From a virus (taxonomy: Duplodnaviria > Caudoviricetes), in IMG/VR virus record IMGVR_UViG_2823261200_000003, positions 1-64,000 of that record: a stretch of DNA of 64,000 nucleotides. One strand, given 5' to 3'. The position numbers and the translations under genes were made by a program. Under the pieces are notes generated by a model. The model had not been told where the DNA came from and searched no databases. It saw only the letters and a list, made by a program, of their open reading frames with translations. The stretch's first letter is position 1. Each line of letters begins with the position of its first letter. Below are positions 56,273 to 64,000 of the stretch, piece by piece.

Positions 56273-56597
56273 CTTTATTCACCCGCTTTTTTAACGCCTG
56301 CATCAAATATTCACGGATTTTCTCCGCACCAATAAACCCGAGCATTCCCCCAATAAACGAGGCAAGGCTATCAGGGAAACCAAGATGATTTAACAGCGAC
56401 ATACTTGATAAGGTTAAAGCACCACAAATTGCCCCATCCAATATCCGCTGGCGAAAACTCGTTTTCTGACGCAAAAAGGCAGCGCGTAGCAAAGACATAA
56501 AAAACGCCATCGTGAAACCCACAATGGCGTTGTAATTTTGATGAATATATGCCCCTAAAATAAGCCATATATTCGGATCGTTGTTTGGCATTTTCAT
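56265..56597 (-). CDS. Holin, lambda S family, dual start
   Basis: Identical to copy 1. Confidence 0.85.
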   Translation of the reverse strand: MKMPNNDPNIWLILGAYIHQNYNAIVGFTMAFFMSLLRAAFLRQKTSFRQRILDGAICGALTLSSMSLLNHLGFPDSLASFIGGMLGFIGAEKIREYLMQALKKRVNKDV

Positions 56598-56751
56598 CAC
56601 TCCGCCTCCTTTTTGAGGCAATAAAAAGCCCACCTGTTACAGTGGGCTATAAGTTCTGCTAAGATAAAATTCCATGAGGATACAATTAAATCTATTTTAT
56701 CAACCAAAATAGAATCATCTTCTCTTCCTAAAGAGGAAAAATCATCACTAC

Positions 56752-57069
56752 TCAACATTTTAAAAGGGTTGACCGGAAAAGCCCTAGAGCGGGTAATAAC
56801 GAAATTGGTAGATCTTGGATTTGAGAATGCGGATCAAGCAATCCCTCTGCTGAAAATAGCGTTTGAGTCCTTGCAGAAATCTGTTTCTTAAACACAAGAT
56901 TTGCTATTAATTCACCTGACTGATTACGAATAGGTAATAAAACCTCTTCTAGTTCCTTTTTCTGGCAAGAGTTAGGAACGGAAAGCATTAATCTATCGTT
57001 TTCATCTATCCAAAGCTCTATACCTAAAAAAGTAAAAGGTTGAATAAAACCGCTTTCAGCTTTCATCAT
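56752..57069 (-). CDS. Hypothetical protein after tR'
   Basis: Identical to 8262-8579. Confidence 0.55.
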   Translation of the reverse strand: MMKAESGFIQPFTFLGIELWIDENDRLMLSVPNSCQKKELEEVLLPIRNQSGELIANLVFKKQISARTQTLFSAEGLLDPHSQIQDLPISLLPALGLFRSTLLKC

Positions 57070-57181
57070 TCCTCCAATATTGAGCTTCTAAGTTTCAAAT
57101 AAAAAGCCCCGACCGTTTCCGATCAGGGCTGTTAAAATTCATTCGTGCGTTTTAAACGTGCAAAACCGCAATATAGATAAT

Positions 57182-57210
57182 ATGGTAGTATTTTAATGCG
57201 CACTCGTCAA
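57182..57210 (-). promoter_or_regulatory. pR'-like late promoter of segment B
   Basis: TTGACG-17-TACCAT upstream of the tR' hairpin at 57098-57132. Confidence 0.7.
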
Positions 57211-57215
57211 GCATT

Positions 57216-57500
57216 TTAGTGATAAGAAATAAATAATTCTGAACCACAAGCTTGAGCATATCGCAACAGTGTCATCATTGAAGCACGGCTCGCATTCTTT
57301 TCTAATTTGCTAACTGCTGGTTGAGAAATACCCATACGCTCAGCAACTTGAGAAACAGTTAAGCCCGCTTTTTGACGTAAAGATTTAAGCAAAAATTGTA
57401 ATTCTTCAACTTTTCTCTCTTGAACATAAAGTACTTTAGTTTCCTCATCTTGCAGAAGTTTCTCTTTTACTGTTTTATAACTTACTGGCTTAACTTTCAT
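57216..57500 (-). CDS. HigA-like HTH antitoxin
   Basis: LRQKAGLTVSQVAERMGISQPAVSKLE. Confidence 0.85.
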   Translation of the reverse strand: MKVKPVSYKTVKEKLLQDEETKVLYVQERKVEELQFLLKSLRQKAGLTVSQVAERMGISQPAVSKLEKNASRASMMTLLRYAQACGSELFISYH

Positions 57501-57813
57501 TGGTCATCTCCTCTAATCGCTTAAATGCTAATTCAATTTCACTTACTGGTGTTTTCTGGGACTTTTTCACAAAGGTACGCAAAATATAAATTTTTTGCCC
57601 CACAGCAAAGGCAAAGAATGTGCGTGAGATGTCTTTACTCCCTGCTCTTAATTCAAATAAACCATCTCTGATTGGTCTTGTATGAGGAAAGCGAAGCAAA
57701 TTACCTTGCGATTCCAGTTTATCTAATGCATTTAATACCTTAGCTTTCATTGCGGGCGTTAAATGCTCAATTTCAGATACTGCCTCTGGGTGAAAAAACA
57801 ATTCGAACATCAT
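57490..57813 (-). CDS. HigB/RelE (Gp49-like) toxin
   Basis: FPHTRPIRDGLFELR and FVKKSQKTP..EIELA. Confidence 0.9.
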   Translation of the reverse strand: MMFELFFHPEAVSEIEHLTPAMKAKVLNALDKLESQGNLLRFPHTRPIRDGLFELRAGSKDISRTFFAFAVGQKIYILRTFVKKSQKTPVSEIELAFKRLEEMTNES

Positions 57814-57882
57814 TATTTACACATATATTATAAACTATGAGTTATTATACAATACTTTTACACCATAACTCAAGAGTTATAT

Positions 57883-58287
57883 TTAAGCAATAAAAATACT
57901 CTCATTTTGACTTAACATTAGCATCAGTGATGTTTCTGCTATTTTTAAGCGTTCAAAATAAGTGCGGCGACCAATCCCAAACCTCTCCAAAATCCCAACC
58001 CGCACTGGCACACGATTTCGATCATATTCCGTATAAAGCGGCAAACGGTAAGCATAAGTTGCCATAAATAAATCGTAAAGCTCAGGTGTTGCTTTACGCA
58101 TCACTAGCACGCAACGCTCGATTTCCTCAGCTAACGACTCACTAATGGGATCAACTCGTCTTTTGCTCTCATCAATCGGCGTGGGAATGCTCACCGAAAG
58201 GCAAGGATATTCCGTGCCTAATCGTGGTGTGGCCCAATAGCCCCATTGTGTACAAACTTTTTTAATATCGTTAAAAACTAATTCCAT
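57883..58287 (-). CDS. Late antiterminator Q-like protein
   Basis: QWGYWA, C-terminal HTH; follows ninG. Confidence 0.7.
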   Translation of the reverse strand: MELVFNDIKKVCTQWGYWATPRLGTEYPCLSVSIPTPIDESKRRVDPISESLAEEIERCVLVMRKATPELYDLFMATYAYRLPLYTEYDRNRVPVRVGILERFGIGRRTYFERLKIAETSLMLMLSQNESIFIA

Positions 58288-58883
58288 TGCTTCCCTCGCT
58301 TTTCTAATAACTTCACTTTCCGCTCAAAAATCCGCTTAATCCGCCTTAAATCCTCATCGCTATAATGTCTTGGGCGTTGATCGCTTTCGATTTCTCGCAC
58401 CTTTTCGATTCCCAAACGCTCAATCAGCCCTACGCGATATTCGTGGTAATTTCCGCCCAACCATCGATTGCAGCGTTTGCATTGACCAAAAATATTAAGC
58501 GTATAAAACCTCAAGTGCGGGGCTGAACCACGGCTACGATAATGCCCCGCATCAAATCCCCCGCCTAATTTCTCGCTAATCAACGGCGTACCACACGAGA
58601 TACATTCCTTATTCGCATCACGAAAACGGATATATTTATTCACCGCACTTTGAGCTTCAGCAATGAGTTGATTATGCGTTTTATTCTTTTCCTTAAGTGC
58701 GGTCATTCTTTTGCGAGTTTCTGCCCGTTCTGCTTTTGCAATTTTTTCCCGCTTTTTTCGTGATTGCTCTGCAGACAACTTTATCGCACAAGGTACACCG
58801 CACACTTTTTGCAGGCTGCTGACTGTCTTTGTGTAATAAGTGCCACAGACTTTGCACTTATGCTGTTTTGGTGCTTTTGCCAT
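58278..58883 (-). CDS. ninG: NinG/Rap endonuclease
   Basis: C-terminal half near-identical to 9257-9847. Confidence 0.9.
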   Translation of the reverse strand: MAKAPKQHKCKVCGTYYTKTVSSLQKVCGVPCAIKLSAEQSRKKREKIAKAERAETRKRMTALKEKNKTHNQLIAEAQSAVNKYIRFRDANKECISCGTPLISEKLGGGFDAGHYRSRGSAPHLRFYTLNIFGQCKRCNRWLGGNYHEYRVGLIERLGIEKVREIESDQRPRHYSDEDLRRIKRIFERKVKLLEKRGKQWN

Positions 58884-59071
58884 TAAACTTCCCAACCTTC
58901 CATAATCATTAATTCATCTCCAATCTTGACAACCCCACAATTCAAGCGTAGGATTTACCACAGGTCTCAAAAGCCTATAACGAACGGTAATTCACCCCGT
59001 TAGCGTGATTTTTTTGTATCTGGGTTTCTCCTATTTCTCATACCTGATACAAAAACAACAACTTAAATCAA

Positions 59072-59152
59072 TGGTCGAGAGTGCGAGGAATATAACACCG
59101 CAAGGGAATAACTCCGCTCGATTCGTTACGAGTTTTGAGCTCTCGACCGCCC
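59072..59152 (+). ncRNA. C4-type antisense RNA no. 4
   Basis: Stem GGTCGAGAG/CTCTCGACC, loop ATTCGTTA, bulge TTTTGAG; CTCAAAA + TAACGAA targets upstream and abutting the ATG; promoter TTGACA-17-TAGGAT at 58926. Confidence 0.75.
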
Positions 59153-59187
59153 TAGTAAGGGAATTTCTCTCAAAAGGAAATAACGAA

Positions 59188-59883
59188 ATGAAAACTCAAA
59201 TTCAATTTAACACCTTTAACTTCCATTCCAATTCTGTTCGCGTCATCAAAGATCCCAATCAAGAAATCTGGTTTTGTGGTACTGATGTTTGCGATGTCTT
59301 AGGTTATGCCAACTCAAGAAAAGCCTTGCAAGATCACTGTAAATCATCTGGTGTAACGAAACGTTACACCCCTACCAAAGGCGGAAATCAAGAATTAACA
59401 TTTATCAATGAACCTAACCTATACCGTTTAATCATCAAATCACGGAAGCCTGAAGCTGAACCATTTGAAGCGTGGGTATTTGAAGAAGTTCTCCCACAAA
59501 TCCGCAAAACAGGTAAATACAGTTTGCAAAATTCTCAACAACTCGCTTTACCTGAACCCGAAAAGAAATATCCTTTCGAGCATAGCGAAAAAGAGCTACA
59601 AAATTTAGCGTGGGATTGGTTCGCCCTTTTCAAATGTGTGGAATTTACCAAAGACATTGTGCCAGCATTAGATGCCATTCAATCCAAATTTGCCCCACAA
59701 GCACGGAGTATCGTCTCTGAATATGGCTCTATGCTTCGCCGTCATCAACCGCTAATCCAAAAGCTCACCGCCCAATTTGAAATCGAAACTTGGGGCGATG
59801 AAAATTGGAACAGAGTACTACCGACTATTCGGGATAACGAAATTCTTAACCCAAGAAAACAGCTCCCACACCACAATTTCTAA
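59188..59883 (+). CDS. BRO-N antirepressor
   Basis: INEPNLYRLIIKSRKPEA; C-terminus near-identical to 31553-32245. Confidence 0.9.
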   Translation: MKTQIQFNTFNFHSNSVRVIKDPNQEIWFCGTDVCDVLGYANSRKALQDHCKSSGVTKRYTPTKGGNQELTFINEPNLYRLIIKSRKPEAEPFEAWVFEEVLPQIRKTGKYSLQNSQQLALPEPEKKYPFEHSEKELQNLAWDWFALFKCVEFTKDIVPALDAIQSKFAPQARSIVSEYGSMLRRHQPLIQKLTAQFEIETWGDENWNRVLPTIRDNEILNPRKQLPHHNF

Positions 59884-59947
59884 AACTCTCTAAAATCCAA
59901 CCGCACTTCGGTGCGGTTTTTGTTATACTGCCCTCAAGGAGGACAAA

Positions 59948-60190
59948 ATGTTAAATTTATTCAATCTATTAAAACGCCCCATCGAAACCGAAACCTTAGA
60001 TGCCTGGGCGAAAATTCTTGAAGATATTGCAAAAGTTGCCCTGCTTGCATTGCCTGTGGTAATATTTGGGCAAAATCACTTTTTATTTAAACTCGCAAGC
60101 AGCTTTGCTTTATTGCTTATCGCCTATTTAGCGTTAATCGGTGGTAAGCAAATCCGAAAACACAAACCCTACTTATCAAAGGAGGATTAA
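59948..60190 (+). CDS. Small two-TM membrane protein
   Basis: Homologue of 12074-12310. Confidence 0.75.
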   Translation: MLNLFNLLKRPIETETLDAWAKILEDIAKVALLALPVVIFGQNHFLFKLASSFALLLIAYLALIGGKQIRKHKPYLSKED

Positions 60191-60286
60191 ATGGCACTTA
60201 CAATCGGATTATTTACCCTTGCCGCTGTAATGTTCGGCATTGTAATGGCGATTAATCACGCCGTTAAAAAAGATAAAAATGCTTAA
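60191..60286 (+). CDS. 31-aa single-TM peptide MALTIGLFTLAAVMFGIVMAINHAVKKDKNA
   Basis: GGAGG RBS directly after the upstream stop. Confidence 0.7.
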   Translation: MALTIGLFTLAAVMFGIVMAINHAVKKDKNA

Positions 60287-60340
60287 TTTTTTAACCGCTC
60301 TTTTGGGCGGTTTTATTATTCTTACCCAACAGGAAAAACT

Positions 60341-60421
60341 ATGAATCTCACTATCGGACTTGGCGTTTTCGCACTTGTTATGGTTGCTTGGGCAATCGCT
60401 GTACATAAGTTTGTTAAATAA
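60341..60421 (+). CDS. 26-aa single-TM peptide MNLTIGLGVFALVMVAWAIAVHKFVK
   Basis: AGGA RBS; homologue of 12307-12387. Confidence 0.65.
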   Translation: MNLTIGLGVFALVMVAWAIAVHKFVK

Positions 60422-60452
60422 CCCCTTTGCCAACCGCTCTTTTGAGCGGTTT

Positions 60453-60887
60453 TTAATACCCGTAAAACCCTTGCTTGTCGCTAAATCTCACGCCTTGCTC
60501 CGCAGCCCAAGCATCAACATAATCAATTAGACTCGCTAACCGCTTCACACCCATTTCTGCCGTGCTTTCACGTAAGTTCAACACTTCGCCCTCTAGCCCA
60601 ATCGCCATTTCAGCTTGTCCGCCCTTTGCAATGTTATGAGCGGACACCATAATCATTTTCCACGTTTCAATATCTCGCTTTTTGCCCTGAAACTCGCATT
60701 GTTTGGCAATATCGCCAAGCATTGCGTGGAGTTTTGCATTCTGTGCTAACGTACGCGTTAAGGGCTTTATTTCCACCACTAAGGGATTTTTATCATCAAG
60801 TGTAAAGGAATGTATCACCCCGATGGCATTGGCTTGTATGCGTGCGTTACGCAAGAAAAAGCGTTGTTTAGTTTCCATCGCTTTCAA
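60453..60887 (-). CDS. ninB: NinB-family protein
   Basis: Near-identical to 12419-12853. Confidence 0.9.
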   Translation of the reverse strand: MKAMETKQRFFLRNARIQANAIGVIHSFTLDDKNPLVVEIKPLTRTLAQNAKLHAMLGDIAKQCEFQGKKRDIETWKMIMVSAHNIAKGGQAEMAIGLEGEVLNLRESTAEMGVKRLASLIDYVDAWAAEQGVRFSDKQGFYGY

Positions 60888-61098
60888 TCCCTAACTCATC
60901 AAGGCTAAAATACCCACAAGATTTTGTGCGATTCACCCACACAAATTCCCCCATACGATCGTGTTTAGCTTCTTTCAGCTTCCCTTCGCAGCGGAATCTA
61001 TCGTCTGAATATTCACCAATAAAAGCATTCACAGGTTGCCTATCCCATAAATCCGACAGTTCTCCACCGCACTTCGGGCATTTATATTCATTCATCAT
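60868..61098 (-). CDS. Small Zn-ribbon protein
   Basis: CPKCG; near-identical to 12834-13061. Confidence 0.65.
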   Translation of the reverse strand: MMNEYKCPKCGGELSDLWDRQPVNAFIGEYSDDRFRCEGKLKEAKHDRMGEFVWVNRTKSCGYFSLDELGIESDGN

Positions 61099-61811
61099 AA
61101 AATCCCCAAAGCTGCTTTGCAGGCGGCAATGCCGCGCAGGTTAATCTCACGCTGTCTTTCTGGCGGCACAAAGCTCGGTTTCGCTGGCAGGGTGATTTGC
61201 GGTTTAGGCAACGTTTCACCCGCTTCCAAGCGTGCTGCCATCGCTTTCAACGCTTTGCTCACTGCTTTGCACAATTTTTCTTCCGTGGCTTCTCGGTTGT
61301 TGCAATACAAATCCGTCAGCAGCCAATATTCCGCATCGCTCTCAAAGTGGAATTTGTGGATTTCCAGCATTCCGTAGCCTTGGAATTTCTTGAGTCGTTG
61401 GTAAAGCTCGTCCTCGCTCGGCAAGCCTAACGCTTCGTAACGGTCTTGCTTGCACCAAGAAATGAATTTGCCCACGCTTGGAAAATAATCATCAGGTTTC
61501 GACCGCACTTTGCGCATTCCTGCACGAACTTGCTCAATGGTGCGAATATTATTTTCCGCAAAGCCTAAAACCCAAGTACGCTTGGTAATGGGTAGCTGCA
61601 CTTCGTCAAATTGGCTACGCATTGCTGGACAAGCGGCGAATAACTGTGAAAAAATCTGATCAACCAATTTTTCAATCTCATTGGGCAAGCGTTGTGATTT
61701 TTGCTGTGGCTGACCAGGCAATTTAGCTTGCATTCCGATTGCACTTTGCATTGTTTGCGGATTAACTTGTCTGATCACAGCATTCCCCTCCAACCTTCCT
61801 CGGTGTTCCAT
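61095..61811 (-). CDS. Lambda P-like replication protein (start probably 61778)
   Basis: KRTWVLGFAENNI..QVRAGM..FPSVGKFISWC. Confidence 0.85.
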   Translation of the reverse strand: MEHRGRLEGNAVIRQVNPQTMQSAIGMQAKLPGQPQQKSQRLPNEIEKLVDQIFSQLFAACPAMRSQFDEVQLPITKRTWVLGFAENNIRTIEQVRAGMRKVRSKPDDYFPSVGKFISWCKQDRYEALGLPSEDELYQRLKKFQGYGMLEIHKFHFESDAEYWLLTDLYCNNREATEEKLCKAVSKALKAMAARLEAGETLPKPQITLPAKPSFVPPERQREINLRGIAACKAALGIL

Positions 61812-62557
61812 TCAATCGCATTCAATTCTGAAACTGTTTTACGCTGTGGTTTTGCGTTATTTTTCTTCACCGTGAGCTGATCCCATTTCTCCCGCAATTT
61901 GGCAGGGCTGAGAATATTGGCTTTCCAAAACGAATCTTGGTTTGCCCACTGGAACAGCTCGCAAATTTCCCTATGCGTTCGCCCATCTCGTTCACGCATC
62001 AGGCGGATTTCATTCGCCCAGCTGTCGAAAGACGGCGCTTTGACGCTGGGGTTAAGTTTTTTAACTAATCCAAAAATCCATTGCCCGGCAGTCATATCGT
62101 CATCGGAAAATTTAAACCGAGATTTTTTGCCCACGCTGCCGTCCGAAATTTTTTCGGACGAAGAAGTATGGTTAATTGACTGGTTAATAGAGAGACTGGT
62201 TATGGTGCTAGCTCCTGGCATACCCCCTATGCTATCTGCTGGCATACCTATGCCATCTCCTAGCATACCCGTGCTATCTGCTGGCATACCCTTATCAAGG
62301 TGCAAAATATAAAGATTAGAGCTTGAGCCGTCTTTATTTTTGCGAGCTTTTTTAGAGATAAACCCCATTTGAATTAATGCCTCAATATGCGTTCTTGCAC
62401 TGGCTTTTGAGATTTCACAAACATCGGCAATATATTGATAGGAAGGAAAGCAAATGCCATCATCATTAGCATTATCTGCTAATTTCAATAAGACTAATTT
62501 ACGCAAAGGATTACCGACTTTAATCTCCATTGCTTTTGCCATTAAAAGTAAACTCAT
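61775..62557 (-). CDS. Replication initiator (HTH, O-like C-terminus)
   Basis: KLVLLKLADNANDDGICFPSY, WANEIRLMRERD, FWKANILSPAKLREKWDQL. Confidence 0.9.
   Translation of the reverse strand: MSLLLMAKAMEIKVGNPLRKLVLLKLADNANDDGICFPSYQYIADVCEISKASARTHIEALIQMGFISKKARKNKDGSSSNLYILHLDKGMPADSTGMLGDGIGMPADSIGGMPGASTITSLSINQSINHTSSSEKISDGSVGKKSRFKFSDDDMTAGQWIFGLVKKLNPSVKAPSFDSWANEIRLMRERDGRTHREICELFQWANQDSFWKANILSPAKLREKWDQLTVKKNNAKPQRKTVSELNAIEWNTEEGWRGML
62205..62292. repeat. Origin iterons (four TGCTATCTGCTGGCATACC-like copies)
   Basis: Direct repeats inside the initiator gene. Confidence 0.75.
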
Positions 62558-63372
62558 AGCCCCACCGCCTTATCTTGCGTAAATTCACCGTTCCAATTTG
62601 CTTTCATCGGCAAATTGCCTTTCACATACCATTCATAGAGCTTTGCTGCTCCTTTCTTTAACAACACGGGTTTATAAGCGATAAATGGATCTTTACCGTG
62701 TTGAGAAATTTCTGTGGTTTCTTCCGTGAGATATTGATCTCGGGCGTAGGACTTAACGCGTTTTGTTCGGTTATCTTGATACAGCCAGTTTTTGCCAATC
62801 AAAAACTCACCCACTTTTAACGCATTAACCCCATTCAACCCTTTCACAAATTCAAATGGAGAAATTCCATTGCGGAAATAACTTTCCATCGAAGCGATTT
62901 GTTCAGATTTTTGTTGATTTTCCAGTAAAGCCTGTTGCTCTCGAACCAATGCCCGCTGCTCGCGTTCTTTTGCGTCTGCCCAAGCCCGAGCGGCAGCAAC
63001 AGGATCGCTAAAGTTAGGCAAAAGTGCGGTGGTTTTTTGCTGATTTTCTATTAAAGTATCAATTTTTAAATCACACCAAACTGCAAAATCAGCATTGAGC
63101 CAACGGGCAAAATTCACTGCTAATTTAGGGTGCAACCAAGTTCCTTGTTCAATGCCACCTTGACGCACAACAACCAAGTCATTTGCCGTTAGGACAATAT
63201 TCCCAACGCTTAAATTTCGAGCTAATGCATTGATATATTCTTTTGTTTGAACCGTTTTTAAATAATCTTTAACAAATTTATCAAAATGCTTTGCAATAGC
63301 TGTCGCATTCAAATAATGATTTTCATTGAAAGAAACGCTAACATCATTATAAAAAAAGTGCTGAATTCTCAT
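62554..63372 (-). CDS. KilA-N protein with antirepressor-type C-terminus
   Basis: YLNATAIAKHF, GTWLHPKLAVNFARWL; C-terminus shared with 14699-15487. Confidence 0.9.
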   Translation of the reverse strand: MRIQHFFYNDVSVSFNENHYLNATAIAKHFDKFVKDYLKTVQTKEYINALARNLSVGNIVLTANDLVVVRQGGIEQGTWLHPKLAVNFARWLNADFAVWCDLKIDTLIENQQKTTALLPNFSDPVAAARAWADAKEREQRALVREQQALLENQQKSEQIASMESYFRNGISPFEFVKGLNGVNALKVGEFLIGKNWLYQDNRTKRVKSYARDQYLTEETTEISQHGKDPFIAYKPVLLKKGAAKLYEWYVKGNLPMKANWNGEFTQDKAVGL

Positions 63373-63953
63373 TTTTTCTCTGCTCCTAAACTCATTGCAA
63401 ATGCTCTTATTTCTCCTTGTTCATCAAGAAACCATTCACCAATAGTTCTATATTTATCAAATTTTTTGTGCAATTTACTTTCTTCATCACCGTGAATTAA
63501 AGCTAACACTTCAAAATGTGCTCCAGCTTGCGTTTCTAGTGTTCTAATGCGTTTTTTAGGAGAAATGCTTTTTCCTATTTTTATAAGATTAGATTTAGGA
63601 TTGAACACAATATAAGTAAATATTGAATTCTCTTTTTGGTCTTGATGATTTGCGGGATATGTTACCCAGATACCAAATGCTTCAAGGTAAAATGCAGTAC
63701 GTTGAAAATCTGAAAAAGCTTTTGAAATGAAAGGATAAAAACTAAAAAGCTTTTCACATACATAGGCTATTTGTTTAAAAGAGTTGATATTATCTAAACT
63801 CTTTTGGCTTTCAGATAAAATTTGTTCTTCATTTGCTTTGAGAATATTTTGGCAAGCAATAGCCGAGCATTCTTGAAATTTTTGTAAAATAGTAAAACCA
63901 ACACACATAGCATCTTGCAAAGGTAATTCACCTTTTTCTATAGCTTGCATCAA
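63369..63953 (-). CDS. GIY-YIG (T5orf172-like) domain protein
   Basis: LIKIGKS..RIRTL, ESKLHKKFDKYR..GEWF. Confidence 0.8.
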   Translation of the reverse strand: MMQAIEKGELPLQDAMCVGFTILQKFQECSAIACQNILKANEEQILSESQKSLDNINSFKQIAYVCEKLFSFYPFISKAFSDFQRTAFYLEAFGIWVTYPANHQDQKENSIFTYIVFNPKSNLIKIGKSISPKKRIRTLETQAGAHFEVLALIHGDEESKLHKKFDKYRTIGEWFLDEQGEIRAFAMSLGAEKK

Positions 63954-64000
63954 TAGTTGATCCTTTAAGATTTCTGAAAGGCGTTTTTCGCATAGCTCCG

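Larger units (their letters stand above)
53992..57132. repeat. Copy 2 of ~3.1 kb direct repeat
   Basis: Near-identical to 5502-8642. Confidence 0.95.
34511..64000. mobile_element. Prophage segment B (contractile-tail phage; continues beyond the window)
   Basis: Tail fibre, baseplate, sheath, head, terminase, lysis, Q and replication genes in order. Confidence 0.9.

Noticed and set aside
59005-59187. N-terminal extension of the BRO protein, and similar leader ORFs at 23104-23292 and 11131-11400
   Set aside because: These run through the C4 RNA leaders; RBS and homology to 31553 place the start at 59188. Translation of an icd/ash-like leader cannot be excluded.

Overview
The whole window is temperate-phage DNA from a Pasteurellaceae host (many AAGTGCGGT uptake sequences; the species cannot be determined). 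It holds two lambdoid-organised prophage segments in the same orientation. Segment A (249-34412) has an IS3-interrupted head region, terminase, lysis, Q/nin, O/DnaC replication, cro/cI immunity, a cargo-rich left arm and xis/int. An attP-like junction follows (34453-34510): the 3' half of tRNA-Leu(TAA) with CGTCAAA arm repeats on both sides. Segment B (34750-64000) has a complete contractile-tail and head module, terminase, lysis, Q/nin and O/P replication, and continues beyond the window. A ~3.1 kb terL-terS-lysis block is directly repeated 48,490 bp apart and brackets what looks like one complete phage genome with attP in its middle. The main points of interest are two MuF head proteins with different C-terminal enzymes (a phosphoribosyltransferase beside a Mesh1-like HD hydrolase, and an ADP-ribosyltransferase beside a small candidate immunity gene) and four C4-type antisense RNA/antirepressor cassettes with different co-varying seeds, one directly behind a ProQ/FinO gene. 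Others are an unannotated Ibs/Sib-like toxin locus linked to an RHH gene, a non-canonical tRNA-Asp(GTC), a HEPN Abi gene in the immunity region and a 51-aa acidic DNA-mimic candidate. All calls come from reading motifs and synteny by eye; no database search was run.
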